42,989 nucleotides of DNA from Deinococcus sp. (GTDB taxonomy: Bacteria; Deinococcota; Deinococci; Deinococcales; Deinococcaceae): assembly GCA_018260375.1 (NCBI GenBank), contig JAGLBF010000003.1, positions 1 to 42,989 of the forward strand. The letters run 5' to 3'. Both the position numbers and the translations under genes were made by a program. Below the pieces are notes generated by a model that saw nothing but the letters and a program-made list of their open reading frames with translations, was not told where the DNA came from and ran no database searches. Below are positions 29,274-39,146 of this stretch, one piece after another (the stretch's first letter is position 1; each line of letters opens with the position of its first letter).

Positions 29274-31112
29274 CTACTTTGCTTCTTTGCTGACCTGCAA
29301 AAAGGCCTTTACACTTTGCGCGGCCTGTTTGTTCATGCCTGGCACGCGGGCGATATCCTCCAGAGGAGCCGCTGCCAAATCTTCCAAACTAGAAAAGTGC
29401 TCTAGCAGCGCATTTTGGCGCTTGGGGCCGATGCCTGGTAAGTCGGCGAATACGCTTTTGAGCATAGCTTGGCCCCGCAGTTTGCGGTGGTAGCTGATGG
29501 CGTAGTGGTGTACTTCGTCGCGCACGCCAATCAGCATTCGCAGCGCAGGATGGGTGCGGGGTAGCAGCAGCTCGCGGTTTATGCCGATTTCACTGCCGGC
29601 TGCTAGCCACCACTGCGCGCCGTGACGCTCTGGCAATATCAGAATTTCTTCGCGCTTGGCGAGGCCCACCACAGGAACATGAATACCCGCTTCCTTGAGT
29701 GCGTCTAGCGCGGCGTTCACCTGACCGCGCCCGCCGTCGATCAGCAGCAAGTCGGGCAGGGGTAACTTGTCGGCGAGGCTGCCTGTAAACCTGCGGAAAA
29801 TCGTCTGGCGCATGGCGGTGTAATCGTCGGGGTGATCAAGGCCCGTGACCTTAAAGCGTCGGTGCTCACTGCGGCGCACCCGCCCGCCTTCAAAGACCAC
29901 CATGCCCGACACGATATGACTGCCAAACAGGTTGGAATTGTCGTAGCCCTCAATGCGCCAGGGCCGTTCTGGGAGGGCTAAAACGTCCTTGAGCGCGTCG
30001 AGTGCAGGGTGGTCACCTCGGCGCTCTAGAAGGCTCAACTCGGATTCCAGGCCCGTAGCGGCGTTGCGCTGGGCCATCTCAATCAGCTCGGTTTTTTCGC
30101 CGCGCAGGGGTACGCGCATCTCTACCTTATGACCGCTGCGCTCGCTGAGCACACTGACCCACAGCGGCGCGTCGGTATAGTCGGTGGGCAGCAAAATCAG
30201 CGGGGGGACGTGGGTCGCAAGGGCGTAGTAATCCTGCACAAAGGCCCCGATAATCTCGCCGTTTTCGCTGTCGGCGGCTCCCGTCAAAAAGCGCTTGTCG
30301 CGCCCCACCACGCGCCCGCCGCGCATGCGAAAGAGCTGCACCATCGCATACTCGCCTGCCTGGGCAAAGCCCAGAAAGTCTAGGTCACTCATGGAGGTTT
30401 GCAAGGCGGCCTGTTCGTGTCCAAAAAGTTTTTCAACGGCGCTGAGGCGGTCGCGCACGCGGGCAGCCTGCTCAAAGTCTTGCTGCTGTGCCAGGCGCTT
30501 CATCTCCACCTTTAACTTGGCAATCACCCCACTGGCGCGGCCCTCGAGCAGCGCCTGCACGTCGCTCACCACGTCGGCATACTGCGCGGGATCAGCTTGC
30601 CCCACGCAGGGCGCTAGGCAGCGGCCCATGTGAAAATTGAGGCAAGGGCGGGGCTTTTTTTTCATAGGCAGGCCCGAATTTTTGCGCAGCACGAACATGG
30701 TATCGATCAGGTTTTTGACCCGCCGCACCGCCGACGCGTCAGGATAGGGGCCGTAGTAACTCGCGCCGTCTTTGATCACCCGCCGCGTAACCACCAGCAT
30801 GGGAAAGGGTTCGTTGGTGAGCTTTAAAAAGGGATAGTGCTTGTCATCCTTGAGCAGCACGTTGTAAAAGGGGCGGTGCTGCTTGATCAGGTTGGCTTCT
30901 AAGACGAGGGCTTCAACCTCATTGCGCGCCGAGATAAACTCTAGTTCCTGAGCCTCACGGGTAAAGCGCCCACTTTTGCCCCCCGCTTTAAAATGCTGCG
31001 CTACGCGGTTATGTAAGTTGTTGGCTTTGCCAATATAGATAGGCACGCCGCTTTTACGAAAAATATACACGCCCGCCGTTCTCGGCAATACGGGCAGGTC
31101 TTCAAGCTGCAT
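29274..31112 (-). CDS. uvrC: Excinuclease ABC subunit C
   Basis: GVY...YIGKA GIY-YIG, PCL.....[18 protein letters not shown] domain, [20 protein letters not shown], HhH2; TACACT-N7-ATG. Confidence 0.97.
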   Translation of the reverse strand: MQLEDLPVLPRTAGVYIFRKSGVPIYIGKANNLHNRVAQHFKAGGKSGRFTREAQELEFISARNEVEALVLEANLIKQHRPFYNVLLKDDKHYPFLKLTNEPFPMLVVTRRVIKDGASYYGPYPDASAVRRVKNLIDTMFVLRKNSGLPMKKKPRPCLNFHMGRCLAPCVGQADPAQYADVVSDVQALLEGRASGVIAKLKVEMKRLAQQQDFEQAARVRDRLSAVEKLFGHEQAALQTSMSDLDFLGFAQAGEYAMVQLFRMRGGRVVGRDKRFLTGAADSENGEIIGAFVQDYYALATHVPPLILLPTDYTDAPLWVSVLSERSGHKVEMRVPLRGEKTELIEMAQRNAATGLESELSLLERRGDHPALDALKDVLALPERPWRIEGYDNSNLFGSHIVSGMVVFEGGRVRRSEHRRFKVTGLDHPDDYTAMRQTIFRRFTGSLADKLPLPDLLLIDGGRGQVNAALDALKEAGIHVPVVGLAKREEILILPERHGAQWWLAAGSEIGINRELLLPRTHPALRMLIGVRDEVHHYAISYHRKLRGQAMLKSVFADLPGIGPKRQNALLEHFSSLEDLAAAPLEDIARVPGMNKQAAQSVKAFLQVSKEAK

Positions 31113-31230
31113 GGGGCAGAGTGTAGCAAGAAGGAGCGCCGTGCACCTGTGGCGCGGGCGACGATAGCGCAAGGTTTACTGGCCTGCCGCCCCCCTCTTC
31201 TCCTGACGCTCCTCACTCTATACTTCCCTC

Positions 31231-32364
31231 ATGACCTCCAACCCCACAGCCCAGGGCATTTTGGTTCTCAATTCTGGCTCCAGCAGCCTGAAATATCAGT
31301 TACTTGATTTTACAGGGCAGGTACGGGCGCACGGGCTGATCGAGCGCATCGAGGCGGGCAGCGCGGTAGGCGACCATGCCAGTAGTGACTATGCCAGCGC
31401 CATAGACGGGGTGCTCGATAGTCTTCCCGCTGACGTGACGGTCGTGGGGGTGGGGCACCGCGTGGTACACGGCGGCTTTTATAAGGAGGCTAAACTGCTC
31501 ACACCTGAAGTTATCGGCGAAATTGAGCGGCTGTGTGCTCTGGCTCCGCTGCACAATCCACCCGCGCTCGAGGGCATCCGCGCCTCCATGCGCAGGCGCC
31601 CAGGTGTGCCGCACGTGGCGGTATTTGACACGGCTTTTCACGCCACCATGCCACCCAGAGCCTACCGCTATGCCATCAGCGAGGCGCTGTATCAGGAAAA
31701 TAACGGTGAACTTCGGCGCTACGGCGCACACGGTACCTCGCACGCGTATATGGCGCGCCGTGTGCAGGAACTTCACGCTCACCCCCTCAAGCGCATCATC
31801 ACCCTGCACCTGGGCAACGGCGCGAGTGCTGCCGCCATTCTGGACGGTGTTTCTGTGGATACCAGCATGGGTTTTACCCCGCTAGAGGGCCTGGTCATGG
31901 GCACGCGCAGCGGTGACATTGACGCGGGGCTGGTGATGTGGCTGAGCCAGAAGTACGGCCCAGACAACATCAATGCGATACTCAACAAGCAAAGCGGCCT
32001 CAAAGGAATGTCGGGGCTGTCCAATGACCTGCGCGACCTGCACGCAGCAGGTACTCCTGAGGCGCAGCTTGCTCTTGACGTGATGGTGTACCGCTTGATC
32101 AAATACGTCGGCGCTTATACGGCGGCCCTGGGCGGGCTTGATGCACTGGTCTTTACAGGCGGCATCGGAGAAAATGACGCTGTAGTGCGCGCCCAGGTTA
32201 TAGCGGGCCTGCACTTTTTTGGCCTGGTACTTGACGAAGAAGCCAACAATGTACGCGGGCAAGAGCGGCGCATCACCACGGCAAACAGCCTGCCTGCCTA
32301 TGTGATACCTGCCAACGAGGAAGGTGAAATTGCCCGCCAGGTGCGGGAAGTGGCGGGGATTTAA
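31231..32364 (+). CDS. ackA: Acetate kinase
   Basis: LVLNSGSSSLKY, GHRVVHGG, APLHNP, FDTAFH, LHLGNGAS, TSMGFTPLEGL, FTGGIGEN. Confidence 0.97.
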   Translation: MTSNPTAQGILVLNSGSSSLKYQLLDFTGQVRAHGLIERIEAGSAVGDHASSDYASAIDGVLDSLPADVTVVGVGHRVVHGGFYKEAKLLTPEVIGEIERLCALAPLHNPPALEGIRASMRRRPGVPHVAVFDTAFHATMPPRAYRYAISEALYQENNGELRRYGAHGTSHAYMARRVQELHAHPLKRIITLHLGNGASAAAILDGVSVDTSMGFTPLEGLVMGTRSGDIDAGLVMWLSQKYGPDNINAILNKQSGLKGMSGLSNDLRDLHAAGTPEAQLALDVMVYRLIKYVGAYTAALGGLDALVFTGGIGENDAVVRAQVIAGLHFFGLVLDEEANNVRGQERRITTANSLPAYVIPANEEGEIARQVREVAGI

Positions 32365-32520
32365 ATAAAGGCAGGGGCTTTAAAGACGTAGCGATCGAGT
32401 AAGGCCTTGAGCTTAGGCAAAAGCCTTTGGTTTGCCCAGCCCCGCGCAATTTTGTTGCGCGAGTATCTGTATATTCACAATATTTGGCAATTTTTAGAAT
32501 GTCTGTTCTATACTTGCCCT

Positions 32521-33696
32521 ATGACGTTGCGTGAACAGTCTGCTGACCTCCCCGCCACCAGTGCACTTGAGCATGTGCTGCTCACCCCTGGCCCCACGCC
32601 GATTCATCCTGAGGCGATGAAGGCGCTTACCCGGGTGATGCTGGGCCATATGGATCCCGAAGTCTTTAAGATGAACAGCGCTATACAGCACGACCTGCGG
32701 GTGATGTACGGCACCGAGCCAGAAGCCTTTACTGCGCTGCTGGCCGGCACAGGCAGCTTGGGTATGGAAGCGGGGTTTGCCAATCTCGTAGAAAAGGGCG
32801 ACGACATTCTGGTGTGTACCAACGGCTCATTCGGGCGGCGCATGGCCGAGATGGCGGCGCGTTACGGAGCCAATGTGCGCCTGGTCACCGCGCCACTGGG
32901 TGAGGCGATTAACCCGGCTGACGTAGCCGCGCACCTAGACGGCGTGCAGATGGTAGCGGTCGTCCACGGTGAAACCAGCACGGGCGTGCTCAACCCCGTC
33001 CCCGAAATTGCCGAAATCGTCCGCCACAGTGGAGCGCTGCTGACTGTAGACGCGGTGACGACAGCAGGCATGGAGCCTTTTTACATGCAAGACTGGGAAG
33101 TGGACTACGCCTATACGGGCGCGCAAAAGTGCCTCTCGGCCCCTCCCGGGCTGGCCCCGATCGCGGTGAGCGAGCGTGCCTTTGCCCGCTACGCCGCTCG
33201 AAAAACGCCCACACCGCTATGGTACTGCGACTTTGAGGGCCTGCGTGACTACTGGATAGAGCACACCTACCACCACACCATACCGGTCAACTTGCACTTT
33301 GCCTTTGAAGCCGCCTTGCGCGCCGCGCTTGAGGAAGGCTTACCCAACCGCCAGCAGCGGGTGCGCCAGATGGGCCGCGCTATTGTCACCTCGCTGGCGC
33401 CTCTAGGCTTTAGCCACTACGTGAAACGCGAACAAGACCGCCTGCCTACCGTACTGGCGCTGCGCCTCCCCGAAGGCTTTGATGACGCGGGCGTGCGCGC
33501 CGAACTGCGCAAACGCGAAATCAGCGTGACAGGCGGGCTAGGCCCCACAGCGGGGGTTATCTGGCGGCTGGGGCTGATGGGCGAATCAGCCCGCCCCGCG
33601 CCCTACCGCGCCCTGATGATGGCCCTAGAGGATATTTTGGGCGCAGATGGCCTGATGAGGCGCTATGAGGCGGCACTCGAAGCCCAGGGCCTTTAA
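32521..33696 (+). CDS. Class V PLP aminotransferase (alanine/serine-glyoxylate type)
   Basis: [36 protein letters not shown]; TATACT-N6-ATG at 32521. Confidence 0.93.
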   Translation: MTLREQSADLPATSALEHVLLTPGPTPIHPEAMKALTRVMLGHMDPEVFKMNSAIQHDLRVMYGTEPEAFTALLAGTGSLGMEAGFANLVEKGDDILVCTNGSFGRRMAEMAARYGANVRLVTAPLGEAINPADVAAHLDGVQMVAVVHGETSTGVLNPVPEIAEIVRHSGALLTVDAVTTAGMEPFYMQDWEVDYAYTGAQKCLSAPPGLAPIAVSERAFARYAARKTPTPLWYCDFEGLRDYWIEHTYHHTIPVNLHFAFEAALRAALEEGLPNRQQRVRQMGRAIVTSLAPLGFSHYVKREQDRLPTVLALRLPEGFDDAGVRAELRKREISVTGGLGPTAGVIWRLGLMGESARPAPYRALMMALEDILGADGLMRRYEAALEAQGL

Positions 33697-33754
33697 GCTT
33701 AACCCTGAACAGTGCCCCGCTCTGCCTATGCTGTCTTCCCGTACACTGGGAACT

Positions 33755-35173
33755 ATGTCCGATACTCAGCAACAACTTCTGGTTATGAAATTTGGCGGCA
33801 CCAACATGGGCGACTCGCGGGCGATTCGGCACTCCGGAAGCCTGGTAGGGCGTAGTCTGACGCAGGGCGCTCAGGTGGTGGTGGTGGTCTCTGCCATGAG
33901 TGGCGTGACCAATCAGCTGCTCAGCATTGCCGACGCGGCTGAAAGGGGCGACATTGCGGGGGCCAATGACGCCATTGCCGCCATGCGTACCCGTCACTTT
34001 ACGGCGGCGCAAGAACTGGGTGCCGCGCCCGACAGTGCCGAGGTTCGCGAGCTGCGCGAGCTCCACGAAACCCTGCGCCAGGCGGTGTACGGGGTGTACT
34101 TGTTGCGCGAACTGACCCCGCGCAGCCGCGACCTGATTGTGGCCTTTGGCGAACGCCTCTCGGCTCCGCTGATGTCGGTGGCCCTCACTCAGCAAGGCTT
34201 TAAGGCCCACCACCTGATGGGCGGTCAGGCGGGGATCATCACCGACAATCACTTTGGCAATGCCAAGCCGCTGTCCACCAGCGCCGAGCGCATCCGCGAC
34301 CGCCTGGGCGGGCTGCTGAGTGCGGGTATTACTCCCGTAGTGTCGGGCTTTATGGGCGAAACAGAACAGGGAGCCATCACCACGCTGGGGCGCGGCGGCA
34401 CCGACTTTTCGGCAACGATTATCGGCGCGGCGCTGGGTGCTGACGAAGTGTGGGCCTGGAAAGACGTAGACGGCGTAATGACTGCTGACCCCCGCAGCGT
34501 ACCAGCGGCGCAAAATATCGCCCAACTCAGCTACGGTGAGGTGATGGAACTAGCCTATTTCGGGGCCAAAGTGCTGCATCCGCTGGCGGTCACGCCGCTT
34601 CAGCAAGCGGGCATTCCGTTAAGGGTCAAGAGTGCCGCTGACCCCGACTTTGCCGGCACGCTGGTTACTGCTGAGCCGGAGCGCGACGACAGCAGGCCCG
34701 TCAAAGCCGTGACGGCCATCAAAAACGCCAGTATCATCAACGTAGCGGGTGCGGGGATACTGGGCGCGCCTGATGTGGTCGCTGAAATCTTCGGGGCGCT
34801 GGCGCGTGAAAGCATCACCCTGCTGATGGTCTCGCAGTCATCCAGCATGAGCAATGTGTCGCTGGTTATCCCCGGCGGGCATGAGGAGCGCACCACCCAG
34901 GCCCTCAGCACCCGCCTAAGCGCCCAAGGCCTGCAGTTGGAGGTGCAGCGCGGCGTGGCGGTGCTCGCCATTGTCGGCTCAGGCATGTACGGCACCAAGG
35001 GCGTGTCTGCCAAGCTGTTTGGCGCACTGGCTCAGGCAGATGTGAATATTTTGATGATTTCGCAGGGGTCAAGTGAGCTGAATATCAGCGTTGCTATTGA
35101 AGAAAGTGACGTGGACACGGCAACACGGGCCGTTCATACGGCGTTCGGGCTAGATGCGGCAAGTGGTGCGTAG
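33755..35173 (+). CDS. lysC: Aspartate kinase with ACT domains
   Basis: [59 protein letters not shown]. Confidence 0.95.
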   Translation: MSDTQQQLLVMKFGGTNMGDSRAIRHSGSLVGRSLTQGAQVVVVVSAMSGVTNQLLSIADAAERGDIAGANDAIAAMRTRHFTAAQELGAAPDSAEVRELRELHETLRQAVYGVYLLRELTPRSRDLIVAFGERLSAPLMSVALTQQGFKAHHLMGGQAGIITDNHFGNAKPLSTSAERIRDRLGGLLSAGITPVVSGFMGETEQGAITTLGRGGTDFSATIIGAALGADEVWAWKDVDGVMTADPRSVPAAQNIAQLSYGEVMELAYFGAKVLHPLAVTPLQQAGIPLRVKSAADPDFAGTLVTAEPERDDSRPVKAVTAIKNASIINVAGAGILGAPDVVAEIFGALARESITLLMVSQSSSMSNVSLVIPGGHEERTTQALSTRLSAQGLQLEVQRGVAVLAIVGSGMYGTKGVSAKLFGALAQADVNILMISQGSSELNISVAIEESDVDTATRAVHTAFGLDAASGA

Positions 35174-35298
35174 GGGGTAATAAGCCACTTGACTTAGCCT
35201 GTACTACATCACTTTGCAGACGCGCTTTGACTCACTGCGCGCGCACAATAACCCTCAAAGGAAGCCAATTCATTCATGGTTTCTACTGAGGGTTATGT

Positions 35299-35472
35299 AT
35301 GAATGAGTACCATAAAGAACAACACGCCCGTCAGCACTTAGCGCAGTTACACGCGCAGGCTGAGCAGTACCGCGCCGCAAAACAGAACAAAGTCCGTCCC
35401 AACTGGCGCAACTGGTTTGCCCGCTTGATTGTCTCCATGCCCGCACGGCTTCAGTGGACACGGGACTCATAG
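35299..35472 (+). CDS. Small protein, 57 aa (MNEYHKEQHARQHLAQLHAQAEQYRAAKQNKVRPNWRNWFARLIVSMPARLQWTRDS), not in ORF track
   Basis: Manual translation; helical N-half plus amphipathic basic/Trp C-half; fills the intergenic gap; IR upstream. Confidence 0.55.
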   Translation: MNEYHKEQHARQHLAQLHAQAEQYRAAKQNKVRPNWRNWFARLIVSMPARLQWTRDS

Positions 35473-35493
35473 CTTCACGTTAAACTAAGCTTT

Positions 35494-36153
35494 ATGGTCT
35501 TGAAATGGCACTTTGTTCTGCCTGCTTTGGCACTCAGTATGGCTTATGCAGGTGACATTCACAGGCTCAGTCAGGTCATTTTTTGGCCCAATAGCTCCGC
35601 AGTTTTGGCGGTAGATGAGGGCCAACACGACGGCTCGGGCTATCCCTTCGTGGAATTTACGGTGCTGGATACCCGCACGGGCAAAACGCTCTGGCACGCG
35701 GCGCAGCACCCTGAGCATGAAGGTGATGTGACGCAGTTGCGCGAAAAATGGTTCAAAGTCTACTCGGCAACGGTGCAGCAGCGCTTTGGGTTCACCACCG
35801 CAACACCGTCCAAGCCGCGTTACCAGTTGCCCGCGCCCGACCTTGTGCCCGCTGTCATGTGGGGCAAAACTCAGGTGAATGTAAACCTATGGGCTAAGCC
35901 TGTACCTATCGTCATTCAAGCGTCTCCCAGCGGCGAAAAATGTCCCGCCTGGGTCTTCTGGAGGCCGCAAAGTTACGCGCTGTATGTCGGCGGGCAAAAG
36001 CTGGCGGCGGGCAACTATCAGTGTGCCGTGGGCTACTCACTCTCGCGGGTAGACGTGAAGGGAAACCGCGTGCTCATCGCTATAAACGCCTTTACTGCAG
36101 GCTTTGAAGGGCCGAACAATGAACAGATTTTAGTGGCAGCTACCCTAAAATAA
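35494..36153 (+). CDS. Secreted protein, DUF2259-like
   Basis: Signal peptide ending AYA, G.HDGSGYPF and GFEGP motifs; TAAACT-N7-ATG. Confidence 0.75.
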   Translation: MVLKWHFVLPALALSMAYAGDIHRLSQVIFWPNSSAVLAVDEGQHDGSGYPFVEFTVLDTRTGKTLWHAAQHPEHEGDVTQLREKWFKVYSATVQQRFGFTTATPSKPRYQLPAPDLVPAVMWGKTQVNVNLWAKPVPIVIQASPSGEKCPAWVFWRPQSYALYVGGQKLAAGNYQCAVGYSLSRVDVKGNRVLIAINAFTAGFEGPNNEQILVAATLK

Positions 36154-36167
36154 TCCGTATTGGCCCC

Positions 36168-36307
36168 TAATACAGATTCCGATTGATTTGGCGTACTTCC
36201 GAATCAATCAGGGCGGATGCGAGTGGGAACAGCATACGGACTGCGCGGTATGGAACCGCAGGCGGCGCTTTTCCGACTGTGGTGGAATTTAGCGGCAGTC
36301 CGTATAA
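36168..36307 (+). mobile_element. Full-length ~134-bp MITE-like intergenic repeat flanked by TAA on both sides
   Basis: TAA-TACAGATTCCG...GCAGTCCGTA-TAA; internal hairpin gattgatttgg/ccgaatcaatc and IR atacggactgc/gcagtccgtat; near-identical to 37985-38124. Confidence 0.8.
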
Positions 36308-36328
36308 CCAAGTATCTAGCCAAGAATC

Positions 36329-37291
36329 TTAAGGGAGCGCCGACAAAAACCGCAGCCAGTTGCCGCCCATCACCGCTTGTCCCAGCTCAAGCTGGGCAAT
36401 ATCGGCGTAGCGCTCTAGGCCTAGAGGCATTTTTTCAACACCAAAGCCGCCGTCTAGGTCGCTGCCTAAGCCCACATGTTGCTCGCCTACCAGCTTGGCA
36501 AAGTGCTCGGCGTGGCGCGTGACTTCGCTCAGGGGTGCGCGCTCGAATTCAGCTCGGGGCCACAGGAACTTGCTGAGCAGCACCAGCCCAATAACCCCGC
36601 CCTGCGCGGCAACGGTGCGGGCCATGTCGTCACTGAGTTGCCGGTTGGTCGGCACAAACGTGCGGCTGTTGCTGTGTGAGGCCATGATGCGGGGCTGCAA
36701 CTCGGCGGCCTCAAAAAACGCCTCTTCGTCCAGGTGCGACATGTCCTGTATCACCCCCAAATCGCGCATACCAGCCAGTAAGTCGCGGCCCCTGTCGCTC
36801 AGCGGCCCAGGCGCGTCTGTTCCGCCCGCATAGCGCGTTTGCCCCCAAGCGAGGCCAATGGCACGCACCCCCGCCGCGTACCAGTACGGCAGGTCATCCA
36901 CGTCGCGCAGCGGGTCGGCTCCTTCTATCAGCAGCACTACGCCCAGCGGCGCCTCGGCGCTGTATTCTGCCGCGTGGCGCTGCACCTCCTCTCCGGTAGT
37001 CAGCAGCCGAATATGCCCCGCGTCTTGCCAGCGCTGGTACTGCTCAAGCTGCGCTTGCGCCTGCGCTCTGGCCTCTTGCCAGGTGGTGTAGCCTGCATGC
37101 GCGTCCGTTTGCGGCAGGGCAAAGAGCGTGCCAAAGCACAGGCCCACCCCCGCCCGGCGGATTTCATCAAAGGTCACAGCGGCCCGCTGGCCTGCCACAG
37201 GGTCGTGCGCGCGCAATTCACTGAGGCTCAGGGTCAGGTCGCGGCCTAGCTGGGCATTAAAAGCCAGGTCAAGGTGTGCGTCAATGTACAT
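36329..37291 (-). CDS. Membrane/renal-type dipeptidase (M19)
   Basis: IDAHLD, LLIEGAD, DMSHL, ASHSN, RQLSDD, HVGLGSDLDGG. Confidence 0.93.
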   Translation of the reverse strand: MYIDAHLDLAFNAQLGRDLTLSLSELRAHDPVAGQRAAVTFDEIRRAGVGLCFGTLFALPQTDAHAGYTTWQEARAQAQAQLEQYQRWQDAGHIRLLTTGEEVQRHAAEYSAEAPLGVVLLIEGADPLRDVDDLPYWYAAGVRAIGLAWGQTRYAGGTDAPGPLSDRGRDLLAGMRDLGVIQDMSHLDEEAFFEAAELQPRIMASHSNSRTFVPTNRQLSDDMARTVAAQGGVIGLVLLSKFLWPRAEFERAPLSEVTRHAEHFAKLVGEQHVGLGSDLDGGFGVEKMPLGLERYADIAQLELGQAVMGGNWLRFLSALP

Positions 37292-37967
37292 GAGCAGATG
37301 TTGGTGGTTGAATATCCAGATAGTCAAGCACTTCCCCAATCTCATGCAGCGTTCCTTCTTCGCGCTGGTGAAGATTGATGCGGTGGGCCACCATACCAAC
37401 GCTGCGGGCGGCGTCTACATTCTCCTGTTTGTCGTCAATAAACAAAATATCTTGGTGGGGCAAGCCCAGTTGCGCCGCTGCCAGGACAAAAACCTCAGGC
37501 GCGGGCTTATGCACGCCCAGGGCGCAACTACTCAGCGCCGTGTCAACCAGGTCAGCGATGCCCAGGGCTTCGAGCGAAGGCATGATGTTGGGCAGCGTAT
37601 TGCTGAGAATACCAATCTTGAGACCGCGCGCTCGCAAGCTGATTAGCAAATCGCGCAGCCCAGGCACAGGCTTGAGAAAAGCGGTGTAGGGATACCGCGC
37701 CATCAGCTCCTCGCCCGCCTGCGGGTCAAGGCCTAGCCGCTCCGCTAGCCCCTCGCTGTAATGTTGCCAAAAGGCCCGCTCATCTTCCAGGGTACGCAAA
37801 TCCCACCAGGTGCCGAAATGATCAGCCCAGTGGCGCTGCATGACGCGCAGCACTTCTTCTGGATCTTGCTGATAGCGCTGCACCAACCACCTGGCCGCCT
37901 CAACGTAGACCGTGGGGTCGGATATGCTAATCGTGTCGTCTCGGTCAAGGAGCAGGGCGCGAATCAT
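37281..37967 (-). CDS. HAD-superfamily hydrolase
   Basis: LLDRDDT motif I, ILSN, KPAPEVF, FIDDK.ENV. Confidence 0.92.
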   Translation of the reverse strand: MIRALLLDRDDTISISDPTVYVEAARWLVQRYQQDPEEVLRVMQRHWADHFGTWWDLRTLEDERAFWQHYSEGLAERLGLDPQAGEELMARYPYTAFLKPVPGLRDLLISLRARGLKIGILSNTLPNIMPSLEALGIADLVDTALSSCALGVHKPAPEVFVLAAAQLGLPHQDILFIDDKQENVDAARSVGMVAHRINLHQREEGTLHEIGEVLDYLDIQPPTSAHVH

Positions 37968-37984
37968 GGTTTAATAATAAGGTA

Positions 37985-38124
37985 TAATACGGATTCCGAT
38001 TGATTTGGCGTACTTCCGAATCAATCAGGGCGGATGCGAGTGGGAACAGCATACGGACTGCGCGGTATGGAGCCGCAGGCGGCGCTTTTCCGACTGTGGT
38101 GGAATGGAGCGGCAGTCCGTATCA
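37985..38124 (+). mobile_element. Second full-length copy of the MITE-like repeat
   Basis: TAA-TACGGATTCCG...GCAGTCCGTA-TCA; differs from the 36168 copy at about 4 positions. Confidence 0.8.
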
Positions 38125-38222
38125 TACGGGTTCTGTTTGAACCTCAGAGTTGAGCCCCAGATTTGAACCTTGGTCACAACGCGGTGTCACAATGCAGTGA
38201 AAGAGAGCCAGCGGGCGTAGCC
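38122..38222 (+). repeat. Abutting decayed repeat-family member sharing the TCA trinucleotide
   Basis: TCA-TACGGGTTCTG start; aatgcagtgaaagagagccagcgggcgta matches the module in the 8996-9140 element. Confidence 0.55.
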
Positions 38223-38228
38223 ACAACA

Positions 38229-39119
38229 ATGAAGCAAGAGGCCATCATCCACCACCAGACCACCATGCGCGGACGGTACGCCCCCAGCCCCACCGGTGCC
38301 ATGCACCTGGGCAACGCCCGCACCGCGCTGCTGGCCTGGTTGCACAGCCGCGCCCAGGGCGGCACGCACATCCTCCGCATCGAAGACCTGGATACGGGGC
38401 GTGTCAGGCCCTGGGCGACCGATCTCATCAAGCAAGACCTGCTGTGGTTGGGCCTTGACTGGGATGAGGAATACCAGCAGTCGTCGCGCCTTCACCACTA
38501 CGAACAAGCCCTTGCACGGCTAGATACTTATCCCTGCACCTGTAGCCGCAAAGAATTGTTGGCCGCCGTAACAGACAGCGCCAGCGCCCCACACGGCACG
38601 GAGGCGGTGTATCCAGGCACCTGTCGCCGTGTTCAAGCTCACCCAGAGCGCCCCGCTGCCCTGCGCTGGCGCGTACCTGACGGGGAGGTTTGCATGACAG
38701 ACAGCGGCACAGGCCAAAGCATTTGTCATAACCTGCCGCGTGACGTGGGCGATATTGTGCTGCGGCGCAGTGACGGTGTGTACGCCTATCACCTGGCGGT
38801 GGTGGTTGATGACGCGCTGATGACGATCACCGACATCGTGCGCGGCGCTGACCTATTACCAGCCACACCGCGCCAGGTGGCCTTGCAGCGAGCATTAGGT
38901 TACTCCACGCCCCGCTACTATCACGTGCCCCTGATGACCGACTACGCGGGTGAGCGCCTCGCCAAACGCGGCGGTGCGCCCAGCGTGGCGGCCCTGCGTG
39001 AAAGCGGCGAACAGCCTGAGCGCGTTCTGGCGCAACTGGCGCGGAGCCTGGGCTGGGCCGTGGGAGAAGGGGTGACAGCGGCGGAACTGCTTGGGGAGGC
39101 TGTGGGACGTGGGTTGTAG
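38229..39119 (+). CDS. gluQ: tRNA glutamyl-Q(34) synthetase GluQRS
   Basis: GRYAPSPTG.MHLGN, LRIEDLD, YPCTCSRKE, YHLAVVVDD, VRGADL, RLAKR; no anticodon domain; start 38229 or 38265. Confidence 0.93.
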   Translation: MKQEAIIHHQTTMRGRYAPSPTGAMHLGNARTALLAWLHSRAQGGTHILRIEDLDTGRVRPWATDLIKQDLLWLGLDWDEEYQQSSRLHHYEQALARLDTYPCTCSRKELLAAVTDSASAPHGTEAVYPGTCRRVQAHPERPAALRWRVPDGEVCMTDSGTGQSICHNLPRDVGDIVLRRSDGVYAYHLAVVVDDALMTITDIVRGADLLPATPRQVALQRALGYSTPRYYHVPLMTDYAGERLAKRGGAPSVAALRESGEQPERVLAQLARSLGWAVGEGVTAAELLGEAVGRGL

Positions 39120-39146
39120 GTTGTGGAAAATGCTGGGCTTGCCGTT

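Noticed and set aside
35270-35470. 66-aa minus-strand ORF with a TAACGT-N6-ATG
   Set aside because: Protein looks non-globular and overlaps the more plausible plus-strand 57-aa ORF; not fully excluded
36168-38124. Repeats as a CRISPR array
   Set aside because: Dispersed ~135-bp units with no regular repeat-spacer period and no cas genes
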